Source: an uncultured Dehalococcoidaceae bacterium (lineage in GTDB: Bacteria; Chloroflexota; Dehalococcoidia; Dehalococcoidales; RBG-16-60-22). From it: a stretch of DNA of 64,000 nt. The notes below the pieces were generated by a model. The model was not told the origin of the DNA and did no database searches. It saw nothing but the letters and a program-made list of their open reading frames with translations. Location of the stretch: the NCBI GenBank assembly GCA_964558675.1, contig CAZLEY010000002.1, positions 9,359-73,358 of the forward strand. Direction: 5' to 3'. The translations under genes and the position numbers were made by a program. Shown piece by piece: positions 43,790-52,136 of the stretch; the first letter of the stretch is position 1, and each line of letters starts with the position of its first letter.

Positions 43790-44668
43790 TTACTTCCCAA
43801 AAATACCTTTCGGTCTCACCAGGAGCAGGAGCATGAAGATGAAATAGTAGGCAGCCAGTGATAAGCTCGGGTCTATATAAGTTACTATTTCGCCTATAAT
43901 ACCCAGTATAAAACCCCCGATAAAAGCGCCGGGGATGCTGCCCAGCCCGCCTAATACGATAACTATGATGGCAATGACGGTATATTGCAGACCCATAGCT
44001 GGATTGAGGGGGATCCGCATGCTGTAAAGTACGCCGGCCAAACCGGCCATGGCGGCACCAAAGCCGAAACATATAGCCAGCACGTGGTTAATGTTTACCC
44101 CCATGAGGCTGGCAGTTGTCGGGTCTTGAGCGGAAGCCCGGATTCCCTTTCCCATGCGGGAACGGGCTAAAAATGTGTAGAAGGCTAAACCTATGCCTAT
44201 AGCAAAGCCGAGGATTACCAGCTTGTTGGCACTAAATATCGCCCCCCCCAAATCGACCCCAAAATTTAAGTAAGAGTACGCCCTATAGTCGGCACCCCAC
44301 GCCAGCAAAGCTATATTTTGGATGATGAAGAGGAGACCAAAAGTGGCTAACAGAGAACTGGCCTCATAGGCACCCGGGTTTGGCGCCGAGATTCTAAGAC
44401 GGGTGAACAGAGTCCGCTGAAGTAGAAAACCGATTATGAATATAATAGGACCAACAATGGCAAGACAAATAAGCGGGTTGATACCAACCACGGTGTAAAG
44501 CGTAAAGGTGACGAAAGCCCCGAGCATAATGAATTCGCCGTGAGCGATATTCAGCACCCGGGCAACACCGTACTGCAGGCTCAAGCCCATGGCAATCAGG
44601 GCATAGATACCGCCCAGCAGCAAACCGCCAATCGCTATATCCAGGATGGTTACAATGCTTTCAGGCAT
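43790..44668 (-). CDS. livH: Branched-chain amino acid ABC permease (LivH-like)
   Basis: 292-aa polytopic membrane protein with LNIAHGEF typical of LivH. Confidence 0.75.
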   Translation of the reverse strand: MPESIVTILDIAIGGLLLGGIYALIAMGLSLQYGVARVLNIAHGEFIMLGAFVTFTLYTVVGINPLICLAIVGPIIFIIGFLLQRTLFTRLRISAPNPGAYEASSLLATFGLLFIIQNIALLAWGADYRAYSYLNFGVDLGGAIFSANKLVILGFAIGIGLAFYTFLARSRMGKGIRASAQDPTTASLMGVNINHVLAICFGFGAAMAGLAGVLYSMRIPLNPAMGLQYTVIAIIVIVLGGLGSIPGAFIGGFILGIIGEIVTYIDPSLSLAAYYFIFMLLLLVRPKGIFGK

Positions 44669-44872
44669 AATGATAGCTTTCTAGTCTTGTCAATCACGGG
44701 TGCAGGCTGTCTATAGGGCACAGGAGAAGTCAACTGGTGAAACAAGGCACCTCTAACAGGTGTTATCTTCGCACCCTTCAGACAGCCTGCTCAGTATTAT
44801 ATTGCATATGGCAATATTATTTTTTCTATACTCTGTATTTGTTTTTACTATTCGGTTTATGGTCATTCCGGC

Positions 44873-46201
44873 TTAGGGTCCAGCAGGCCAATCCGGCTTG
44901 GGATAGATCCAATCTGCGGTAAGCGTCACGCCAGGCCAGTCACCGCCGCCTACGATTTCACAGACACCATCCATCCACTGACCAATCTCACCGGGATGGG
45001 TTTCCTTGACCATAAGTCCGCCGCCGCCTTCACCGAACATCTCGAAATAGGTATCTCCCAGAATGGTATCGAAATGGTGCGTGGCTATGTAATCCCTTAA
45101 TACGTCCTGGTCAAGGGTTCCGGTCGTCACGATAGCATCCTCCCAGATGTCCACCAGGGGTGCGTAGAATGGATGACCCCAGAAATCCAGCATAGCCGGG
45201 CCAACGATAGCCTCGAGGTCAGCATATAGTTGGGCAAATTCGGGAGATGATTTCTCGTTGGCTGCGGCAAAAGTGCTTACCCCGTTTATTACGCTAATAT
45301 CCTCGCCAAACGAGAATTTATAAAACCCGAAATTGCCTCCGGGCCCGACTACGAAGGCCGGCGGGTTGAAGCCAATTGCCATGGCCTCACCGGTAACCGG
45401 CAGGACTATAGGGGGATAGGCGAAAACGCAAAAGACATCGGGATTAGCCGCCTTGGCTTCCTTAACTAAGAGTGAGAAGTCCGTATAGGTTATTGGAACG
45501 GATTTGTTAGCGATTACTTCAATTCCTACCTTGGGGAATTCTATAGCCGCCACGCCGCCGTACTCCACGCCGTGGAGGTCGGCAATGGAGATTATGTACG
45601 CCGTCTTGGCGCCCTTGGCAGCAGCCATTTCAGCGAGAACCGGCAGCTGGTAATGGTCGGAAAAAGGCAGGGAGATAAACACGTAGGGCAGACCGTAAAG
45701 CGCGTCCCTCATAATGGTGGCGCCGCCTTCGGCTGTGACAAGTACCTTCCCGTACTTATTGGCTATGGGGGCTTGGGCAGAAATAAAAGCGGTGCCGCAG
45801 GCGGAGAACAGGATGTCAACCTCGTCCTCCAATATCAGCTTTTCTGTCAGCCTTACCATGGTGCCCACATCAGTGGCATCATCATATATGATGTACTCTA
45901 TGGGTAATTTCTTGCCATACTCTTCCACATAGAGCCCGCCATCGGCATTGACTCTTTGCTCCCACATTTGCATAATCGGCCCGAATGCCGCGTCTCCGAT
46001 AGCAGCGTTTGGACCGGAGAGAGGCCTGGAGGCGCCAATAAGGATTTTATCCTTGGCTGGTGGCGCCGGTGTTGGCTCTGGCGCTGGTGCCGGTGTTGGT
46101 TCAGGCTCCGGCTCTTCCTCGCAAGCCGCCATAAACATCGGAGCGACTAGCATTGAAATCAGGCAAATGCCAATCAATAGTGTTAATAGTGTCTTTTTCA
46201 A
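44873..46201 (-). CDS. ABC substrate-binding lipoprotein (Leu/Ile/Val-binding family) with a Pro/Glu/Ala-rich linker
   Basis: Probable TTG start at 46201 after GGAGGA. Signal peptide ends in the lipobox MAAC, followed by EEEPEPEPTPAPAPEPTPAPPAKD and then a periplasmic binding fold. Confidence 0.7.
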   Translation of the reverse strand: MKKTLLTLLIGICLISMLVAPMFMAACEEEPEPEPTPAPAPEPTPAPPAKDKILIGASRPLSGPNAAIGDAAFGPIMQMWEQRVNADGGLYVEEYGKKLPIEYIIYDDATDVGTMVRLTEKLILEDEVDILFSACGTAFISAQAPIANKYGKVLVTAEGGATIMRDALYGLPYVFISLPFSDHYQLPVLAEMAAAKGAKTAYIISIADLHGVEYGGVAAIEFPKVGIEVIANKSVPITYTDFSLLVKEAKAANPDVFCVFAYPPIVLPVTGEAMAIGFNPPAFVVGPGGNFGFYKFSFGEDISVINGVSTFAAANEKSSPEFAQLYADLEAIVGPAMLDFWGHPFYAPLVDIWEDAIVTTGTLDQDVLRDYIATHHFDTILGDTYFEMFGEGGGGLMVKETHPGEIGQWMDGVCEIVGGGDWPGVTLTADWIYPKPDWPAGP

Positions 46202-46620
46202 GTGAATCCTCCTTCGTGAGATTTCAGAGCAATTAGCTGATATGAACATACTATCTCATGTATCACCCCCTCTCATCTGTGTTACCAAGTCTTTCGTTTC
46301 GGTTCTGATTTAATCAGCATTTAAACGAAGTATCGCGGCAATATCCGCCTTGACCTAGACATTCAAGCACTTAATTATTTATTGGTTAATTTAACACAAT
46401 GCGCGCCAGATTGCAATACCATATAGTGGAAATTTCTAAATAACACCATAGAAATGTTACAGTTATAGCCAAATGAAGCGAATTATGAATAAAAACGTAT
46501 ATATATGGCTTGGTATAGCGTTTTTATTCAGGTAATGTAGCGGAGCTATTGGGGCTGGTTGACTTCTTTTTAATAAGTCTTTTGCGCTGCGTCGTGAGTA
46601 ATGTCAGTAATCCGATGATA

Positions 46621-48159
46621 TTATGAAAACGGTTTCTTATTTACATCAAACGGCTGGGCATTATGATGCAATATACCGGATAGGTCATCCAGCCGCCGGC
46701 AAAGGCTTTCGCTCTGCTGGAATATGATAGAGAGAAATTCCTTCATGGTTGTATTATCTGATATATCATCCTCAAGCATCAATCTGGCGAAGCCATGTAT
46801 GGAATGTAATGGGGTGCGCATCTCGTGCAATGCGGCAGCAACATAGCCTGGAGCAACATTATCTAGTTTACCAGAGTAGTTATCGGCTTCTGTCCCTGCT
46901 TCTGATAGCCTGTTCAATACCATGCCGGGGTTTTTACCGGCTGCCTCAATTTCCTGCCTCGTCCTGGCGATTTCGGCTTTATTCATACTGATAATATGCT
47001 GCTGGGCTAGTGTCATGGCTTCGTTTGCCCTTAACATACTTGATTCGGCTTCCTCTTTCGCTTTTCGACTTTCATCCTCGGCTTTAGTGATGGCTTCATG
47101 CGCTATCCTCTTAATAGTTTCAATCTCCTCTTTTAACTTCAAGACCTCATCCCGAGCCTGAATGGCAGAAAGCTGCGATTGCCGTTGTATTGCCTCTATT
47201 TCTTCGGCGGCTGCTTTTACTTTTTCCTGAGCTAAGGTAATAGCTACCTGAGCATGATTATTGGCAGCCTCTACTTCTTCTTTGCTCCTGTTAGAATCAT
47301 CTCTGGCCTGTCGGATGGCAATATCGGCAGCCACTTTAGCCGCCCTTACCTCTTCCTTGGCTCTAATAATGTCGTCCGCAACTTTGCTTATGGCTTCCTG
47401 CTTGGCTTTACTAACAGCTATCTCAACTGTTCTTCTAGCCATTTCAGCTTCCTCTCTCGCCTTCATAGTTTCCTCCCGGGCCTGGCTAACGGCTGCCTCA
47501 GCAGCTTTTTTAACCATCTGAGCTTCATCAAGCGCTTTTTGTGCCTTTATTCTGGAGGTATTGGCTTCTTCTATAGTTTCTCCAGTTTTACTCGGAGCCT
47601 TTCCCTCAGTTAGATTCTCTATTAGTTGACGGAGCAGGCCACTCGGCTCCAACTCTGGATGGCAGGATTCTTCCGTTTTTTCCGAGTCAATATCAGTTGC
47701 TTTGTTGCCGAACAAGTTGTTTAAAGAATGATTCCCGTTATTGAAGATTTTTTGCATCAATCCTGATTTGGCAGGTTTAGGGTGGTATTTTGATATCCCA
47801 GGCTCCCAGTTATCCTTATTATCTTCTATAGAGGGTTCCCCGATGCCTGTATCGCGTGATTCGTCTCTTTTCCTTACGGTACTCTGCATGGCCTCATTAA
47901 TAGCTTTAGCCAGTGTCTGGGCCGATGCTTCGCTCTCTTTATAGACCCGATCGATTGCCTCCATGGCAGCCTCTTTGGCGGATACGGCGTTTTCCTGGGC
48001 GGCAATGAGCGATGTATGCGCATCAGCGGGGAGTGGGTCGAATTCGTAGGTTCCCCGTTGAGATTCAACCTGTACCGGAGATGTCATATCGGTTTTGTTA
48101 TTGTCTTCGTTGTTTTTTTCTCCGGTTGTGAAGCTTTTAGTCATAGGGCACGCTCTCAA
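46621..48159 (-). CDS. Long Ala/Glu/Lys-rich coiled-coil protein ending in a HisKA dimerisation/phosphoacceptor domain, with no ATPase domain
   Basis: About 250 aa of helical repeats (KAREEAEMARRTVEIAVSKAKQEA...), then the H-box LHEMRTPLHSIHGFARLM. The ORF stops about 70 aa later without N/G1/G2 boxes. Confidence 0.6.
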   Translation of the reverse strand: MRACPMTKSFTTGEKNNEDNNKTDMTSPVQVESQRGTYEFDPLPADAHTSLIAAQENAVSAKEAAMEAIDRVYKESEASAQTLAKAINEAMQSTVRKRDESRDTGIGEPSIEDNKDNWEPGISKYHPKPAKSGLMQKIFNNGNHSLNNLFGNKATDIDSEKTEESCHPELEPSGLLRQLIENLTEGKAPSKTGETIEEANTSRIKAQKALDEAQMVKKAAEAAVSQAREETMKAREEAEMARRTVEIAVSKAKQEAISKVADDIIRAKEEVRAAKVAADIAIRQARDDSNRSKEEVEAANNHAQVAITLAQEKVKAAAEEIEAIQRQSQLSAIQARDEVLKLKEEIETIKRIAHEAITKAEDESRKAKEEAESSMLRANEAMTLAQQHIISMNKAEIARTRQEIEAAGKNPGMVLNRLSEAGTEADNYSGKLDNVAPGYVAAALHEMRTPLHSIHGFARLMLEDDISDNTTMKEFLSIIFQQSESLCRRLDDLSGILHHNAQPFDVNKKPFS

Positions 48160-48187
48160 ACAAGATATTTTATCGCCATTAATCCCA

Positions 48188-48403
48188 TTATGAATTATGA
48201 CCTTTGCAGATTCGATTGGCTTCTGAGATTAACGTATTCACATCATCTTCTGTAAAAAGTCGCCAGCTCCTTCTATCACGGTAATTTTGTATATCTAGAG
48301 AGTCCTCTTTTAACCAGCGTAGCAAAGTGCTCCTGCTAATGCGGGCCATCCGGCACACTTCCGAGGTTCTATAGTAGGTTCTATCGTTAATGGACACTGG
48401 CAT
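48188..48403 (-). CDS. Small MerR-superfamily/excisionase-type HTH protein (BldC-like size)
   Basis: YYRTSEVCRMARISRSTLLRWLKE...RDRRSWRLFTEDDV. 71 aa. Confidence 0.6.
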   Translation of the reverse strand: MPVSINDRTYYRTSEVCRMARISRSTLLRWLKEDSLDIQNYRDRRSWRLFTEDDVNTLISEANRICKGHNS

Positions 48404-48508
48404 GGCAATACCCCCTCAAATGCTAACGGTGTAACATCATTTGCTACATCTTGATATAACGTAACATACTTTCAATTCGTTTAAGATGTTAAGGGTTTCA
48501 CGGCGAAA

Positions 48509-48536
48509 CAACTAGGGAGATAACCCTAGTTTTATT
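48509..48536 (+). terminator. Terminator-like hairpin with no annotated upstream gene on this strand
   Basis: AACTAGGG-AGATAA-CCCTAGTT followed by TTATTT. Confidence 0.4.
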
Positions 48537-48873
48537 TGGGGGTTAGCACCCATGTTAATAAGTCCCGCATTCAGGTAGTATATAGTACGATTATTTGCCT
48601 GAATATAGTACTAATTTATCTGTTAGTTGCTTACTAATGGACTATTGGCTATATCTCTATGAGTGGTTAAAATTTATATAAGTAATGTCATCTTAGTAAA
48701 TGGTGGAATTTATATCTGTGCTGCCATCCGGGTAGGATAGAGATATTGTTTTTTATTTAGGAGGCTGATACCAGGGCCCCGGATAATCCGGGCCGGTAGG
48801 GCATAGACCCGTAAACAGTGGATAGACGAATTTATAGTTTCACTGCAGGTAAGGTGTCTATGTAGAAATAGAG

Positions 48874-51800
48874 ATGAAAGGTCATTTTACCACTTTGGGA
48901 ATTATTAAAAGGATTCTTATCATAACCACAGCTTTATCGCTGGCATTTATCATCGGGACTGCTACCACAGGCTCTCACTACATCGTAAAAGCATCAGGCC
49001 CCGGGCCTGACCTGATTGTCAAGGACATCGCTATGTCACCGGAAAATCCGGCTATAGGGGATACGGTAACATTCACTTTTACGATAAAAAACCAGGGGAC
49101 TGAAGAGGCTGGTGTCTCACGTGTAACTTATTATATCGATGATAACTACATTCAATCAGATTCTATTAGCTCCATAAACGCCGGTGTCTCCGTAACAAAA
49201 ACTCTAACCTGGGAGGCGCAGGGGGGCTCGCATGTCATCAAAGCAATAGCTGATTCTAATGAACAGGTTGCCGAGACAGACGAGGCCAATAATACCAGGA
49301 CGTTTACCCTATCCCCCCTGGCGCCCGATTTAATCATCCAGTCGATATCATGGTCCCCGGAAGAGCCATCAAGGGGCGATAGTATAACCTTCAGCATTAA
49401 CATAAAGAACCAGGGTAGTAGTAAGGCTAATTTCTCCCGCATTAATTTCTGTATTGATGGAAATTCCAGAGGTTACCAGGACGTTTCTAGTATTGAAGTG
49501 GGTGCTACCGTAACCAAAACCTACACCTGGGTTGCTACGGTAGGCCAGCATGATATTACGGCGATTGCCGACGCGGGTGATTCTGTGGTGGAGAGTAACG
49601 AGTCTAATAACGAGTGCGCCGTAACATTCTCAACCCTTCCTCCCGACCTGATTGTTGAGGATATTACCTGGTCTCCTGAAAGTCCGTCCATGCAGGATAC
49701 CGTGAGCTTTAACGTCACCATAAAGAACCAGGGCAGCGGCCGGGCCGATTCCTGTACCGTTGCCTATTATATTAATGAAAATTTATTGACTTCAGATTCT
49801 CTCGACCCACTGGAGGCGGGTAACTCGGTTAATATGACCTTCAGCCGGGCAGCTGTGGAAAATCCCAGCAGCATCAAAGCAGTTGTTGATGTGTATAAGC
49901 ACGTAACCGAGAGTAATGAGACCAATAATGAGAAGACGGTGATATTCTCAGCTGCTCTCCCTGACCTTGTTATTGAAGATGTTACCTGGTTGCCGATGGA
50001 TACAGCTGTTGGCGATAACGTTACCTTTACCGTGACTGTCAGGAATCAGGGTAGCGGCAAAGCCGGGGAGTCTCGTATCCAGTTCTATATCGGCACTCTT
50101 CACACGGAATATCTCGATGTGCCGGAGATAGCTGCCGGTAGTAAAGTAACAGCGAGCTTTATTTGGGCTGCCCAGTCAAACCCGAACGAGGTCAGGGCGG
50201 TGGCTGATTGCGATAGTGGATTAGCTGAGAGTAATGAAAATAACAATGCATTTACCAATGACATTTCTGTCATTCCTCCTGACCTTATCATACAGGACAT
50301 CACATGGACGCCGACGGATGCAATTGTTGGGGATACAGCGACCTTTACAGTCATTGTCAAGAATCAGGGCAGTGGAAAAGCCGAGGACTTCTACGTGGCC
50401 TGCTATGTTGATGGTGATTTATTAACTTATGAATTCATCAACCAGGTAGCAGTTGATGCTACAGGAAATGCGACCTTTACGTGGATGGTCCAGAGCAGTT
50501 CACATGCCATAAGGGCGGTTGTTGACTACAATCAGAAGTTGCTTGAGAGTGATGAGGATAACAATGAGACTACGATTACCATGGCCCCGGCAATGCCCGA
50601 TCTGGTTATTGATACCATTACGTTGTCGCCGACAGAGTTTTCAGCCGGGGATGAAGTGGATTTTAATGTCATCATAAAGAATCAGGGCAGTCAAAAGGCT
50701 CATGCCTTCCGGGTCGCTTATTATGTTGATGATTCAGCTGCCGGTTACCAGGATGTCACGTACGTTGATGCCGGTGCTACGGTGACGTATAAATTCCCGT
50801 GGACGGCTCTGGATGGTAACCATAGCATCAAAATAGCGGCCGATTCCAATAATCAGATTGACGAGGTTGAGGAAAATAACAACGTAAGGACGTTGAATAT
50901 ACCTTCTCCTGACCTTATCGTACAGGAAATTACCTGGTCGCCGGCGGATGCTGCTGTTGGAGATACCGTGACCTTTACCGTTATTACCAGGAACCAGGGT
51001 AGCGGTGAAGCTGGCAGTTCACAGGTAACTTGTTCTGTCGATGGCTCTATTGTAGGTAGCGATGAAGCGCCGGCTATAGACGCGGGTATTGGAGCCTCCA
51101 CGACTTTTAAATGGGTCGCCGAGGCCGGTATACACATTATTGAGCTGTTTGTTGATCCTGATGACCAGGTTACAGAGGTTGATGAGACTAACAATGAGAA
51201 GCTGATAGAGTTCTCAACTCTTACTTCTGACCTGGTAATTAAGGATGCCCTCTGGTCGATGGAAAATTCGTTGATAAGCAATGACGTAGACTTTGTAATT
51301 ACCATAGAGAACCAGGGCAGTAATACAGCCGGCGTCTCCGAGCTGATTTTATATATTGACGATGTTTCCGCAGGTAACTGTGAGGTGCCGCAGATACCCG
51401 CGGGCGATTCAGTCACAAAGACCTTCACGAGAAATGTTAGGACGGGAGCGCACACTGCTAGGGTAGTAGCTGACTCTGGTGACCAGGTTGCAGAAATTGA
51501 TGAGGCTAATAATGAGAAAACGCTGGACTTCTCAACTCTTTATCCTGACCTCATCGTCAGGGATATCACTTGGTCGCCGACATCTGCAGCCGTCGGGGAA
51601 ACAGTTACCTTCACTGTTAACATAAAAAATCAGGGTAAAGAAGAAGCCAGAAATGCCTGTGTGGCTTTATATATTAACGATTCACTGGTGGGCAGCACTG
51701 ATCTGGAAGAGATAGATACGGGTGGTGTGGTAACCGAGACATTCGACTGGATTGTTGAGGCGGACTCCTTTGAACTCAGAGCGGTTCTTGACCTTGATGA

Positions 51801-52020
51801 GATGGTTGTGGAGAGTAATGAGAACAATAATACGGTATATCAAACGCTGTCTCTGCAAGGTGCAGAGGGTACGACTGGCGTGACTGGAAAGACAATAGGT
51901 ACCCTTAAGCAGAGCCGGAGTTTTGTCGGAGACTGGTGGTGGCTGCTCGTGATGGTTGGGGTGATATTTGGCGGTATCGCGTTTGTATCCGCTATGAAGG
52001 CTTTTAAAAAAAGCCGTTGA
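48874..52020 (+). CDS. Cell-surface protein with 9 tandem CARDB-like domains, an N-terminal signal/anchor and a C-terminal transmembrane anchor
   Basis: PDLIVxDITWSPxxPxxGDTVTFTVxIKNQGSGxA...ESNExNN recurs 9 times. C-terminus is WWWLLVMVGVIFGGIAFVSAMKAFKKSR. Confidence 0.8.
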   Translation: MKGHFTTLGIIKRILIITTALSLAFIIGTATTGSHYIVKASGPGPDLIVKDIAMSPENPAIGDTVTFTFTIKNQGTEEAGVSRVTYYIDDNYIQSDSISSINAGVSVTKTLTWEAQGGSHVIKAIADSNEQVAETDEANNTRTFTLSPLAPDLIIQSISWSPEEPSRGDSITFSINIKNQGSSKANFSRINFCIDGNSRGYQDVSSIEVGATVTKTYTWVATVGQHDITAIADAGDSVVESNESNNECAVTFSTLPPDLIVEDITWSPESPSMQDTVSFNVTIKNQGSGRADSCTVAYYINENLLTSDSLDPLEAGNSVNMTFSRAAVENPSSIKAVVDVYKHVTESNETNNEKTVIFSAALPDLVIEDVTWLPMDTAVGDNVTFTVTVRNQGSGKAGESRIQFYIGTLHTEYLDVPEIAAGSKVTASFIWAAQSNPNEVRAVADCDSGLAESNENNNAFTNDISVIPPDLIIQDITWTPTDAIVGDTATFTVIVKNQGSGKAEDFYVACYVDGDLLTYEFINQVAVDATGNATFTWMVQSSSHAIRAVVDYNQKLLESDEDNNETTITMAPAMPDLVIDTITLSPTEFSAGDEVDFNVIIKNQGSQKAHAFRVAYYVDDSAAGYQDVTYVDAGATVTYKFPWTALDGNHSIKIAADSNNQIDEVEENNNVRTLNIPSPDLIVQEITWSPADAAVGDTVTFTVITRNQGSGEAGSSQVTCSVDGSIVGSDEAPAIDAGIGASTTFKWVAEAGIHIIELFVDPDDQVTEVDETNNEKLIEFSTLTSDLVIKDALWSMENSLISNDVDFVITIENQGSNTAGVSELILYIDDVSAGNCEVPQIPAGDSVTKTFTRNVRTGAHTARVVADSGDQVAEIDEANNEKTLDFSTLYPDLIVRDITWSPTSAAVGETVTFTVNIKNQGKEEARNACVALYINDSLVGSTDLEEIDTGGVVTETFDWIVEADSFELRAVLDLDEMVVESNENNNTVYQTLSLQGAEGTTGVTGKTIGTLKQSRSFVGDWWWLLVMVGVIFGGIAFVSAMKAFKKSR
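49006..51840 (+). repeat. Nine ~315-nt coding repeats (CARDB modules), diverged at the nucleotide level
   Basis: The PDL(I/V)(I/V) motif recurs about every 105 codons. The repeats are conserved at the protein level but not as identical DNA. Confidence 0.8.
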
Positions 52021-52136
52021 TAACGTTGTTACGTATATCTGAATTCTTTAAATCTCCCATTATACGGCATGGTCCGCTATCGTAAAGCAATGATTGTTAA
52101 AGAACTGGATAGGGAATTAAGACCATGCTGGCTGCA

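Noticed and set aside
46490-46525. AT-rich hairpin AAAAACGTATA...TATAGCGTTTTT as the terminator of the coiled-coil/HisKA gene.
   Set aside because: The stem is almost entirely A/T with a bulge and lies ~100 nt from the stop codon. It is too weak to call with confidence.
49006-51840. Regular ~315-nt periodicity checked as a possible CRISPR-like or satellite array.
   Set aside because: The repeats are far too long and diverged, have no spacer/repeat alternation, and are in-frame CARDB protein modules. No CRISPR array or cas gene was seen anywhere in the window.
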